Source of the DNA: Auanema rhodensis
Taxonomy: Eukaryota > Animalia > Nematoda
Length of the DNA stretch: 64,000 bases
Direction: 5' to 3'
Assembly: GCA_964057225.1 (NCBI GenBank)
Contig: OZ059898.1
Span: 6,634,001 to 6,698,000, forward strand
Translations under genes and position numbers: made by a program
Notes under the pieces: model-generated
Told to the model about the DNA's origin: nothing
The model's input: only the letters and a program-made list of their open reading frames with translations
Databases searched by the model: none
Shown here: piece by piece, positions 28,274 through 41,800 of the stretch
Layout: each line of letters begins with the position of its first letter
Position numbering within the stretch: position 1 is the first letter of the stretch

Positions 28274-30932
28274 ATGCTGCCGCGTATACGTGCAGCGCCC
28301 TTGTGCATCTCCTTCATAGGAGCATGGATGCTATTGTCTTTCTACTTTTTTGGTAAAATCGGGAGTGCAACTAACCGAGAGGACTTTATCTTCGAAGAAT
28401 TAAAACCAATGGAAGTTGTTAGACAACATTCACAACATAAGCAAGCTGATATGCTAGAACAAGCCTTAGCTGCCAATGATGAATATAAAAAGGTATAGAC
28501 CAATTCCAACAACCAAGTATATATTATTCCAGGTTGCGTCAAAATACGATTCGAAAGTTTTCAAATCTGCTGAGCAAGACGATAACAAAGAAAGCCATGA
28601 AGATGGAGCTCACGAAGAACATGACGAAGAAGTTGAAAATAAACTTGAAAATCATCCAGTTGCACCAGCAATGGCAATTGTGCCAATTATTGAAAGAGAA
28701 CCTGAAGTTGATTTAGATAAATTAGCAGCGATTAATTCTCCACAAGAGAAGGTAAAATTTGCTCTCTAATTGTACAGAGTAATGGTTTTTAGCTTGACAA
28801 GGCCGAATTATTTGAGAAATATCAATTCAATGGGCTCTTAAGTGATCGAATTGGAGATAGAAGAAAAATACCTGATACCAGAAATCAACTGTATGCTTTT
28901 GTATTGATTAAAATTTAAAATTATTAATTATAGATGTCCACGGAGTTTTGGATCAACAGTAGGATTACCAAAAGCTTCTATAATTATTTGTTATTTCAAC
29001 GAGTCACCTTCTGTTCTTATTAGAATGATTAATTCAATATTAGATAGAACACCACTTGAACTGATTCAAGAAATTTTATTGGTTGATGATTCAAGTGAAT
29101 GGCGTAAGTAAGAGTTACATATTTCTCAAATGTTATTTTGTATTTTTCAGCGGAAGCATCATTAGCTGCAGCAACTTATAAAGAGAAACATCCTCAATGG
29201 GGAATGGTCAAAATGTTACAAACGAAAAAAAATGAAGGCTTAATAAGGGCCAAAGTTTTTGGCGCTAAGAAAGCCAGAGGAGAAGTTTTGGTACATTAAT
29301 GCTGAACATTTATTTTAATAAATTATTTTATTGTTTATAGGTGTTTCTAGATTCTCATTGCGAAGTTAATCAACAGTGGTTGGAGCCTTTATTACAACGA
29401 ATTCAGGAAAAAAAAGAGAGGTGAGCTATTCGTTTTACTTTTTATATTATAATTTATTACTTAAACAGAGTTGTATGTCCTATAATTGATATCATTGATT
29501 CGGAAACCATGAAATATGTTGAATCTCCAGTTTGTTTCGGTGGTTTAACTTGGGCAATGGTATTCAAGGTACAATGATTTTTCCTTAAGAAATCAATTGC
29601 TCAACGTTTTCTTTTTCCAGTGGGATTATCCGCATCGCTCATATTTCGAGGATTCTCAAAACTTTATTCGACCCATTCGATCTCCTACAATGGCCGGTGG
29701 ACTATTTGCAGTTGATAGGTATAGGGTTCATCATAATACAGTTCAAGTATTAATCTTATATTTTCAAGGGATTACTTCTTCCATATCGGTACATATGACG
29801 AAGGTATGGATGTTTGGGGAGCTGAAAATGTTGAAATTTCCTTCCGTGTAAGCAGTAAAAGATATTATCGTTTCTGTAAATCAATCTTATAGATCTGGCT
29901 TTGTGGTGGAGAATTAGAAATATTACCTTGCAGTAGAGTTGGTCATATCTTCAGAAATAAACGTCCTTATGGACTAAAAAATGATTCAATGGGTAAGAAC
30001 TCTTTACGTGCAGCTCGGGTGTGGTTAGATGAATATTTGGTAAATGACAGCGTTTTTTTGAAATTATTGACATTATGTTTTTAGCCTCAATTCTACAAGA
30101 CCCGGCCATTTTTGATCAACGTAGATGCTGGAGATCTAACTACGCGTCTTAAACTAAAAGAAAACCTGCAATGCAAACCTTTCAAGTGGTATCTGGAAAA
30201 TATTTATCCGGATTTATTACCGGGAAATACGCCTGAAAAATTCATAGAACCACCAAATGAAACAAATAATATTGGCCGAAAGTTTCATGTAAGAGTTTCA
30301 TGTATAATGTTCTTTCGAAACCTAAGATTTAAGATTCGTCTTGAAAACTCAACCCGCTGTTTGACTGCAGAATCATCTATGGGACGTATAGCTCCGATGA
30401 ATCCTGTTGAGTTACATGGTTGTAGTATAACAGAACGAATGCAGCATTGGCGTTGGACAAATAAGGTTTCTTTTTACCAATTTCTAGTTAAGAGCTTGCA
30501 TTTAGTATGAACTACGCCCAATGGGATCATCTCGACTCTGTCTTGACGGATTACGAGGAGTTAAATTGATGAAATGCCATAATCAGGGAGCACATCAAGA
30601 ATGGAAAATAACGGTGAGCGATGTTGAATATAAGGGAATATTATATTTGAATGATATAGCAACTTTCGGAATAAAAAATGAAAGAAAGAAAACAGTTTAA
30701 GCGTTTAGAAATGTTTATTAACTGACATCTACATCATAGTATTTCATTATGTTGAAAACGTTTTTTGTCCAAGTTCAAACATAAAACAATCGAATTTCAG
30801 GAAGATGGAAGACTTTATAATCCATCATCTGGTAAATGCATCAGTAGCGATAATAGCACTAACAGCCTGGCCAAGCTAGTGTTTTGTGGAATGGCAAAAC
30901 CCTTTGAATTTGATGACGTCAAAGTGAATTAG
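28274..30932 (+). CDS. gly-11: Polypeptide N-acetylgalactosaminyltransferase (GT27 + ricin-B lectin)
   Basis: Type II TM anchor; [34 protein letters not shown] (DxH), [27 protein letters not shown], QxW ricin repeats. The [13 protein letters not shown] block matches recalled GLY-11/GALNT11. Confidence 0.92.
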
Positions 30933-31439
30933 GATTTATAATTATATTGTCATCTTCTTGTTGCGGGTTGTTCAATTTATATTACTTTCTATGAAACACA
31001 TGGGGATTTTTCTGTAGCATTAATAATTTTCTTTGAATCCCAGTAATTTGATTGTACACGGGGACTGGTAGTATAAGTTGTTTAAATGAGTAACATAGCA
31101 TAGTTTTATATCAAATTTTTGGTTAATCATCATTCATAACAAGAAGTATAATTTAAAAAAGAAGTGAAGTTTGATCTCTTTTCTAAAGAAAAAGTTGCAG
31201 AATAATAAAAGCATAATAAATTCATAGAAATTTGTGATTATGGTGATATGTGATATAATGAATATTTGAGATTCTTTTCTTTTTTTCAATATACAGTATA
31301 TAAAATAATAAATAATTTGAAACATGAATGAATTGCTACATCTACGTACATCTATTTCTCTTATTATTTAATATATCCGTATATTTATAATGGAACATAC
31401 AAAAACACAAACATATGCACATATTTTTTTCTTATACGA

Positions 31440-33750
31440 CTAGATAGACGTTTTACCCATGGTAGTAGGAGCCTGAAAACAATTCACATTTCTAATAAAA
31501 TATTGTTATATCCATATAATAAATGAAGAAATGCTTACCCGATTTCAAACTCATTTTATTACTTATTTTTATGGCCAATTTGTCGTGAGATTCAATTAAA
31601 TTTTCTTTATACACAAAGTAGATTTAAAATTTGAATTTCCAATATAGAATTATTTGTTATTTGTTCAAACATCTTTTAATCGAGACTAGATGATTTGATA
31701 CAAATTACACTCCCGATTAAAGTTAATTTAAACCTATCTCTGTTGTACACCTTTGGATAGAGTTTTATACAATTGTTTTATTGCTTAGATTTATATGTAA
31801 TATTTGATATTAAGAATAATAAGAAATGTGAAAGAATATGGTACTTCGAACTAATTCAACGATTTTAGGTCGCAATGATCTATCTCACTTTTGAACTTTA
31901 CTAACCGTTGTTCGGTTTGGTCGGATTTGAACAATGGTCTGCTCAGCTATGCTGTTCCTAGAACCATATAAGATTGCTTTGAATGCGTCTCGGAATTCTT
32001 TGCCCGTTAATAAGTACAAAATAAACTTGAAAGACTGTAAATAATACTTTTGTAATTACAATAAAACATGTTTCTACCTGAAAAGCTGCATTACTGTATG
32101 TAACAAAAATATTCTGTTGAGATTTTGTGATATTCCACTTGAAAAAATTAAGCATAATGTATATCTAAACGAGTATAAGTTTATCTTTATAATTATCTTG
32201 TAGTCCAACCATACTGCTAGAAGTTAGCAATACACATGATATGAAACTAACTACCAAAATCGGCTTAATGGACTGAAGCTCCTTCACATTGACATCTTTC
32301 ATGATTAGTTTTGCCGTGATGAACGCAGCTGCGGACGACAGAAAGCCGCCAATCTTTAATGGAATTTGACATAAAAACATTTTCAGCGAATATTCAATTA
32401 TATTTCAAAATAATTTCAATAGGTATAATCGATTAAAATATGTATATATATATGTGTATAAATGTAGATACATACTTGACAAACTATATTATAGTTTTGA
32501 TGAAATAATGCAAAGTCAGGAGTAACACTACCAGATACACCACAATAATGATCACTTTTAACTATTTCATCATCCAAATAAGAAGTTAAGAACATGATAA
32601 ATAATGATATAGTTGGAATAACTACACATAATATTGTTATAAAAAAACGATAACCATGACTAATGTAAAATCTTAAATTTGATGCAAACTTTGTTAAAAT
32701 ATTGGCAAAGATGCTACTAACCTGTATTTTACGGGGAAGTAAACAGCACCTAACTTTTCCAACGACATAATTAACATTGTGGTTGCTACTAATTCTGGAC
32801 CAAAAATACGGAAGACCATATTCATTTTAATAGCACAACCCCATAGAGAAATCTCTTAAAAAATATATTTCTAACACATACATACATATATATATATATT
32901 TAATTCTCAAATATTAAAGAATAATAATACATTTTTATGTGTTTTATGAATTAAAAGTTTACTTACTTTCATAGTATGCACCTGATGACATTTCAATTAT
33001 ACGAGTTATACTTGGATATATTAAATAACCACCATCAAGCATATCACCAACACAAACAATTGAGAAGTATACATACTTTTCTCTCATTATTTTCCTTGAG
33101 TTTAAAAATACTATAATATATAGAAACAATTGAATATGTTTGCATAACTATAATGTTACTTACAAAATAAAATTAAATTGCATATTACCATAAAGAAACC
33201 AATGTAGATTCGGATATGTTCCGAATCTACTGTTTCGCTTTCTGGTATAGACATATACAGAGTATTGTAGCACGAAGGGTAGGAATCTAAATCAGCATTT
33301 TTTCAAATGTACATAGTTGGAATTTTTTTATTTGTGTACTCCTGCTTCACGAGAAATTTCAAAAAATGTAAAGAATCCGAGGAAATCCAACAACTCAGTA
33401 ATGCTTTACCATAAGAGCTCAAACATTAGAGAGTTATGTACCGATTCATAAAATTGAATTCCAGTAATATTGAAAATTAATCGTTTTTTAATAAAAGAGT
33501 ACGAAATTTGAAAAAGAAAGAATTTGAATATATATGAAAATTAGAAATCTAAACATTTCTCAATCGTTCACATTATTTTTTGATTTCACATGCTAAATGA
33601 GCTAATTGTCGAAGTACTTATATTAATAGGATGAATGAATTTTAATAACTTTCACTTACCCATGAATGAATTCAAAGATTTACATATATCTTCTGATAGG
33701 CAACTGTTTCCAGCTGATTCCCAGCCAATATAACATGAAGAGGACACCAT
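31440..33750 (-). CDS. 7TM GPCR (srsx/class A-like) with short Cys-rich N-terminus
   Basis: Spliced frame MVSSSCYIGWESAGNSCLSEDIC...DSYPSCYN...VGDMLDG...MSLEKLGAVYFPVKYR (TM3 ER/DR-type motif)...FKFILYLLTGKEFRDAF (TM7/helix 8)...TTMGKTSI*. Confidence 0.8.
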
Positions 33751-34802
33751 TGGTCTTTTTGTCCTTAAAAATTAATTTAAAACTACGAAAGAGTATATAG
33801 TTGGTATGGAATAATCAGAAAGTAAAAACAAAATCCATGATTATATATAACAGTTACCAAAATTATTAGAAAAAATAAAAAAATAGTGTTTCATGAAATA
33901 AAGCAAGCTGGTTAAATTTTTGGTTTCATAGTTCTAGATTACGTTTACAAGTATTTCATACGTCTTGTTAATTTTCGTTTCTAATCAAGTTTATAGCTGT
34001 CACGGAAAAGCATGTGTATGTGAATGAATTTCATTGAGTTCATTTATGAAATACTAAGAGTTTTTTAATCAACTTAAATACGAAATAAGTCAAAAATAGA
34101 ACCAAAGATACAATGATTCAAGTCTTAGAATGTGGGAAAAAAAGCATTATGTCACAATGGAATCTGTGTGAGGTAGTTCTACCAGATTTTTTCTTCCAAA
34201 AAAATATTAAAAATAATGAATTTATTGTGCTTTTCTACGGCAGTATAATTTCTTTTCCTTTCCCTCTTTCTCTCTGTCTCTCACAAATTGTTAAAATACA
34301 TACTATTATGAATATTTTATTTTTATTAATATTGTAATCCAGCTTTTACTATATATGTATATGTTACATTATAATTAGATTACTTAAATGTGATATTATT
34401 ACCGCTGCTACTTTATGTACTTCTGTAATACATAAACATAACACATTTCTAATTTAATATTTTTACTGTAATTATTAAATTTCAAGATTTGTATATGTTT
34501 TTTTCAAGTAACTGCTTGTATGTGTTATGTCTCTACTAAACAAATATGTTGATGTAGCCTAGGATTGAAGTGCGCTCTAAATAAACTTCACACTAGTAAT
34601 CTTGTTCGTTATATTAATTTCTAGTTTTTGTAAAAGAAACATGAATGTATTATTCAATTTTAATTTGAGGAATCATAAACCCTTAACAAATAAAACATAT
34701 TTATAACTTGCTGACGTTTTGTTTGCTTCATTATATGTTTTTGTTACTTCCGTATACTGAAATGTGAAAACGGGAATTCAAAATTTCAGCTTTTTGATCA
34801 GC

Positions 34803-36303
34803 ATGGGTAAAACTTCTAAGGATAAACGAGATATTTATTATCGTAAAGCCAAAGAAGAAGGCTGGAGAGCCAGAAGTGCTTTCAAACTTATGCAAATCGA
34901 TGATGAATTCCAAATTTTATCAGGTAAATATTTTTGTGAGTTCAGTTAGGTTGTAGCTGCGTTGTTCAGGTGTTACAAAGGTAGTAGATCTTTGTGCTGC
35001 TCCTGGGAGTTGGAGTCAGGTAGAATAAAAAAATATTATCTAGATTGTATTAAGCTTACTGTTTAAGGTTTTATCGAAACGTTTATATGACGAGAAGGTT
35101 GCTGCCGATGTAAATCCTGTGAAAATTGTTGCTGTTGATTTGCAACCAATGTCTCCGATTCCTGGAGTTATTCAGCTTCAGGGAGATATCACAGAAGTAG
35201 TAATTCAAACAGACTTTTATTTTGACTTTTTTTTCAGATCTCAACAGCAACAAAAATTATTAATCACTTCGATGGAGGTAAAGCCGATTTAGTTATTTGT
35301 GACGGTGCTCCGGATGGTTGGAATATTTTTTTGAAATAATGAATTTAATTGGTTTTTGTTTAGTTACCGGACTCCATTCATTGGATGAGTTTATGCAGAG
35401 TCAATTGTTGTTGGCTGCGTTCAATATCACCTCACATGTTTTGAAGGAAGGAGGCAATTTTGTAGCTAAGGTATACTTTACATCCACGTGGAGAATAAAA
35501 ATTTTGACTGTAATTTTCAATGCTTCTTTAGATTTTCCGTGCAAGAAATGCAACGTTACTATACTCTCAGATGAAAATGTTTTTCAAAGACGTATATTGT
35601 GCGAAGCCAAAAAGTAGTCGTCAAAGTAGTTGTGGTTCGTTCTGAAGATATTATTGAAAAACTGATTCATTTACTTTACAGAAGCATTTATTGTGTGCTG
35701 TGATTATTCTCCACCTAAGGACTATGTACCTACAATGAAAAACCCTATGTTCGCCAAAGATTATGGTACTTTAATGCTTCTCGTTTCCTGTTTCCATTTT
35801 CTTTTCTTTTTTTCTATGTTTATGGTTTTTAATTAAAGTTATTTTTAGATGAGGAATTAAATCAACTTGTTGGCGTAAATAGAGTTTTAGTTCCTTTTCT
35901 CGCGTGTGGTGATTTATCCGGGTTTGACAGCGATCGAAGTTATCCCCTAGAAATGCCGGAAATTTTCTCTGGAGCACTTCCTGAAAGGTATCACTCGCAT
36001 TGGATGATAATAATATCAATAAGCTTTAGATATATTTTCCGTGAAGTTGTACAAAGTCCGACAGAGCCAGCATACAAGAAAGCATGTGAACTGAAGAAGG
36101 GTGATAAACTAGCCAAACCAGAAAACCTCATGAAAAAGGTAATTTTCAAGAATTTACACGAATGTTTTTTTTATAAAAATGTTCTTAAGGTACTAGATGA
36201 AGTTAAGAAAAATGAAGTAAAGAAACCAGTGGGGCCGGAGCAAAGCGATATTGGATATGAAGCTGAGTTGTTAGAAGGAATTTCTACAATCTTCAGTAGT
36301 TGA
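34803..36303 (+). CDS. FTSJ1: tRNA (cytidine32/guanosine34-2'-O)-methyltransferase, FTSJ1/Trm7 ortholog
   Basis: [81 protein letters not shown]. Confidence 0.95.
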
Positions 36304-37082
36304 TCTAAGTCAATCATTTCACTTACTGTAGCATCAGTCTAAATCTTAGGACAATATTTCTTCGTTGTGTTTTCCTGAAATTCAGATTTTTTCCGTTTCT
36401 TCAAAATTCTTACGTGACATTAATCTGACTATTGTTATGCCTTCATTGGTATTTGTCAAATTTACTACTTTATATATGCTTATAAGATGAAAGAACGTCT
36501 TTTGATTTTCCTTCGTGTGATACTTTTCCTATCTTCCGGTTATTGTGACCTAACAATGTTTTATTTGGTCTACGTGGGGCCCGTTGTTAAACTTGTTATG
36601 CCTTTTATGCACATTGCAATTGTTGAGAATAAACATTATATGATTGGAAACGGTGTGCTAACCGTGCTCAGCCTTCAATACAGTGTAATACAGTGTTGGA
36701 CAGCTTGCCTTTTTATATTTGTGGTTCTTAGGTACTCCTGACTCACCTTGATCCTCTCTCAAGTGTCATGACAGCCGTTCTATCGTCATGCTTCATTGAC
36801 GCTGCTAGTTCTTACGCCATTTTTCTTGAAAAGTGCTATTTCTGAAGTTTTGAATTGATGAGTCATGCCAGTTGAAATAATTTAATTTTTTTTCTCTCAG
36901 AGTTTATCACTGCATAGACGAGCTTAAGCAGGTGTTATTGCTTGTCACAAATGATGTTATGTCGCTCTTATATACCTTTCTCTCTTTCTCCATCTCTTTC
37001 TATATTTTTATTAATTCATTGTGATAATTTTAATTTAAAATTTGTACTTTTGTACTTTTGTGATTATTTTTTTAGAGTTTTC

Positions 37083-38324
37083 ATGGGTGAAATCATTGTT
37101 TCATTAGATGTTGAAGGAGTTTTATTTAAAACAAAACTGTCAACGTTATGCTCAGCACCGGGCTACTTCTCAGAACTGTTCAAAAAGGATTGGATCAGAG
37201 AATTAGATAAAGTAAATAGCTATATGTTTTTTTAATATTTATATTATTTTCTCTATAGAATGGATGTTTATTCATAGATAGAGATTCAATAATATTTCGA
37301 ATTATATTGAACTTTCTTCGTGACGGTCCAACTATTCCTTTGCCTGATGACGATTTTACATTGATGAGAATTGCTCAGGAAGCGAAGTAATACCTATAAA
37401 ACCAAACTTTTAAGTAATTGATTATTTCAGTTTTTTTGGTTTAACACAGCTGAAGAACATAGTGGAACGGAAAATATCATATGATCCTCTACCTTTCAAG
37501 GAAAAAACAAAGAAAATGTTAAACTTGTAAGCCATTTTTGTATAATAATATAAATTATATATAATTTATGAAATATATATATAAATTTAGAAAACAACAC
37601 AAAGAAGCTAGTAGCAAAAAGCAAGAAAAGGATAGAATTCAGAAAAAGAAGATTGGTAGAAATTCTTATGAAGGACGTAGCCTTCCTCCAACACCATTTG
37701 AAAGTACTCCCATTCTTAATGATTGTAAGTATTCATATAATATATCTCAGTGATAAATTTTTTTAATTTTTAGATGATAGAATGTTGATTGATTCTCCAC
37801 CAATTCCAATAAGAAAATCAACATTAGAAAAACAAAAACGTAAAGAAAGCGTAGATTCTATAAGTCATCCAAGGAACTTTACGTAAACTTTTTCTCGAGT
37901 ACTTTCTGTACACAAATTATTTTCAGACATGTGGCTCATGTAGGATGGAATGGATCTGGAGTTATCTTCGAACAACGCTTAGCGAATGCGGATAAAGCTG
38001 TTAAGGCTATTATGAGAGCTGCTGGCGAGGCTGATTTAAATGTATTTTATTTGTCTACAATCTTAAACATTTAAGAAATTTTCAGCCTGTTTATAATGTT
38101 GTCAATGGAGAAGATGCTCAATATGGTAGTAACTCTGTTGAAGTAAATATATTTTAAAATTAGAAAAAATAACAGATTAATTCTAGGTGTTCTTGGCTGG
38201 TCCTCATATGAAAGCAAAAGATTATACAACCACAGTATGCTATAGTTCTCCACAAAAACGACCATTACCTCCACCGAAACCACTACTCATTCAGCCACAA
38301 AGACCGGCTTCTGCAAATGAGTAA
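37083..38324 (+). CDS. KCTD-type BTB/T1 protein with CRIB (PBD) motif and proline-rich motifs
   Basis: VSLDVEGVLFKTKLSTL...FIDRDSIIFRIILNFLRDG...EAKFFGL (T1 BTB); spliced ISHPRNFTHVAHVGW (CRIB); RSLPPTP and RPLPPPKP; stop TAA 38322-24. Confidence 0.88.
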
Positions 38325-38626
38325 TATATCAAAATCATAAACTATCTATCTGTACAAAATATAAATATAGAATTATTTCTATATATGACAAAAAAAGAAT
38401 TATAAATTAATAAATTGTTTCTTTTTTTTGTATTATTCATTATCTGTGTAACTGCTACTAGATTCTTAGAAAATATTACTAATTATCAAATTATACAAAG
38501 ATGTTTTTAGAAAATATATGATACAGAAGTATATGTATAATTTTAAAATATCCCCAAATTGAAGAAATTATGAATCTGTAGAGAAAAGGACTACTGCTTT
38601 AATGTTTTTCTAGGTCATGCTTGAAT

Positions 38627-38640
38627 GTTACCATGGTAAT
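38627..38640 (+). promoter_or_regulatory. X-box (RFX/DAF-19 site)
   Basis: GTTACCATGGTAAT, a near-perfect X-box palindrome ~180 nt upstream of the ift-139 ATG. Confidence 0.85.
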
Positions 38641-38817
38641 AGCAGATCGCAGACTACGGCAAGATTATTGCGTACAACTTAAGCTCTTTGATATTATTTT
38701 ATTTTAGCTGTAATTATTATAATTAATATGGATTTTGATAATATATGGTTTAAAACTGTTTGCGAGAGAAATATTTATGTACGCGTTTAAACCGTAGTCG
38801 TTTTATTTTCAGTCAAA

Positions 38818-41800
38818 ATGCAAGATAATTCTGATCCTCGCTTGAGTACGATTGCTACAATTATGTATTACATTAGGTATGTTTCTCTATTGAGAAAGAA
38901 ACAAGGTAACACGTTTCAGAGAAGGGTTTTATGGCACTGCTTCCAACTATTGTGATACCAAAGGAGTCTTAAGAAGTGATGTTGATCATGAGATGTTAGT
39001 ATTGAAAGGAGTTTGTAGTATTCTAAATGGTATGACTGGCATTTTGCTATTGCCAATTCGGTGTTTGTAAGGTAAAACAGCTGAAGCTCTTCGTATTCTG
39101 GATCCCGCTAAAGATGGACCATGTGGCTTAGGAGCTCGGTTTGCTCTTGTAATTGCACATCAGCGAGCTGTCAATCCAGGTTACAAAATATAGATAATAT
39201 GAAAGCGTAATATCGTTTTTAGATAAACAATCAATTGTTGAATTGGAGAATGAAATCCGAGAATTGTCCAAAAATTCTTCGGATATTGGAATGCTCTCAG
39301 CTGGAGAAGTTCTATATTTTTTGGATCAACCACAAAAAGCTAAAGTAGTGATGGAGAAGCTAATAGAGTTCGAGAATAATTATCCGGAGTCTCGTAAAAA
39401 TCCTAAAGTTTTAACTAAATCCATTCATAAAATAATACTTTACTTTTAAGTTGTTATCTCTTTTGGCCTGGATTGACTTAGCATTAAACAAAGAACAACG
39501 AACAACAAGACAACAATTTGAACTTGCTGCTCAATTGGTAGATTCTAGATTAAAGTTAAAAACGTTAAGTCATTGCTTAGGGGTATCCCGACGGTTTTGT
39601 GGGTGTATCAAGAATTTGTGAACTACATCGTTCTTCTGCAGAAATGAAAGTTGTTGCAAAGGTTTTAAAAACATTTTGTTGGAACGTATATAAATGAGAA
39701 AACATTTAGGATATGATTACAAATTTTCCAAACTTTATGCCTGCCCATATTGAAAAAGCTAAAGCAGGAATTGTGGATCATGATTGGGAATCTACAATTA
39801 ATGCTCTACAGAACAGTATTATGGCATCAGAAGTTAATAATTTATTTAAAACAAGTATAAATATAAATATTTAGGGATATAACGCCTATATTAGTTTTTT
39901 ACATGTACTTTATGCTGTATGTGCTAATGAAACTAAGGTTGAAGTAACCTTGCAGGAATTAAGGGTAATTCCAATTTTTAATTTTTTTTTACATCATGTC
40001 TTTACATGTTTCTTTAGGAAGCTCTCGAAGCTGCAGAAAAGGATAATCATAAACTTTATTATCGTATATCATCAATATTAATTCGCTGTTGTGTTAGAAA
40101 TAAGCATGTTCTAGTAGCTTCAAAGTGGGAAAATCTTAATTTTTTTAAATTTTTATTCTTTTTTTTTAAGACAGCTACTAGCCAAAGCTATACAACTTCA
40201 TGGAGCCGAAAAATACATGGTTGAAGAACTTCGCCTAGCTATGGCAATGGAAGATGTAAAGGAAGTTTCTGAAATAGCTAAAGATTTAATTCGAACTGGA
40301 AACACCGATCCTTATGCTTTATTAGGTAGATTGCTAGAATTCTGATATGAAAATTATTGCTATTTTAGGTGTTGCAATCAGTTATCTAATGAGCGGAAAA
40401 ATCATAGAAGCTTCTGAACAGCTCGAGTTTGCCCAACAATCCTATCCCAACCTGACGTCTAGTCCGGTAAAGGAACTTCAGCTCTTATCGGTTTCAACCA
40501 CCCCCATTTTATTCTCATGACGCGCACTTGTGAATGAATAATATTAGATATATTCTGTAGATGTTAGACTTACAGATTCATAAAGAGCGGTCATCTGGAA
40601 AAAAAGAAGAAGGGGTAGCACAAAACCGATTAGAGTGGGAAGGGCTTGTCAAATTTAAAATTTTTTTAATTTAGATTTTACATCTGATTGCTGCAATTGT
40701 TGCTAAAGAAAAACAACACGATTTCGAAGCTTTTCGTAGAAGTATTAGCGATGCTTTAACAGTTCATAAAACTTCACTTCAAGTTTGAGTTTATAAAGAA
40801 ACTTCAAAAATTAGTTTTTCACAGAATATACCATATGGAATTGACTACCTATTTGTTTTTGATGCTGATCTTCTATTCACTATAGCCTTACAGCTCTTAG
40901 ACTTCGCTCCCCTGGTGGTATGTTATTAATTGCTTCTTGTAAATACATGACGTTTAGCCAGTCAAAAATCCTGATGAAACTCTCAAAATGGCAGAATCTT
41001 TGTTACAACAAATTGTAGACTGTTCTCCAGGTTTCGAATTGATGATATGTCTCTATGTTTATTCTATGCCATGTTGTTAGGTTTGAGTCAGATAGTATAT
41101 ACCTTAGCACGTGTGCTATATTTAAAAAGTGAAACTGAAAATGCGGAACAGATAATTAAGCTTTGTCTGAAGAAGAATGAAACAGTAGCTGAAACATATC
41201 TTTTAAGAGCTCAGGTAATCATAATATAATTTAGTAATTTTGAGCAATAATTATCATTATTATTTAGATGCTTATTGATAAAGGGCAAGTTGCCGAAGCT
41301 GATGCATGTTTAACCACAGGACTTAATTTTAATTTCGCTGTCCGAGAAAGTTCTCTTTATCATCTGATCAAAGCAAAAGTTTTCCAGGTAATCAAAATTT
41401 ATTAATAAATTAAGAAATTTAAAAGAAAAATTATAAAACCCGTAGCGTGTCTAAAACAAATTCAAATGGCAAATGTTAATCTATGTAGACATTAGTACTC
41501 GATAGTATTCCAAAGCAGTAACGAAAGTATTATCTTTCCATACAGCTCTCACAAAAGTAAACCTGAAAAAAAAATTTTAAAAATGTTTTAAATCATTTTG
41601 CCACTAACCAATTTCGCTCTGAAAAGTTTTGGATAGAAAATGCGTCTTTCTCTAGGCAAGATAATTCATTACGAAGTTTCCTGATAGATTTCTCGAATTC
41701 TTCAACTTCTTCGGTTACAAACTGCCTTTCTTGGTGAGCGTCTGAAAATCAACATAACATAAATGAAAACCAGCAAAATAACATACGGGAATGCATTGCA

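Noticed and set aside
36763-36769. GTGTCAT seed match for the local miRNA family downstream of FTSJ1
   Set aside because: Lies beyond the AATAAA at 36628-33, so probably outside the 3' UTR; a single 7-mer is expected by chance.
34803-38818. FTSJ1-KCTD-ift-139 as an operon
   Set aside because: Gaps of ~780 and ~490 nt and an X-box before ift-139 argue for separate promoters; cannot be supported without SL2 data.
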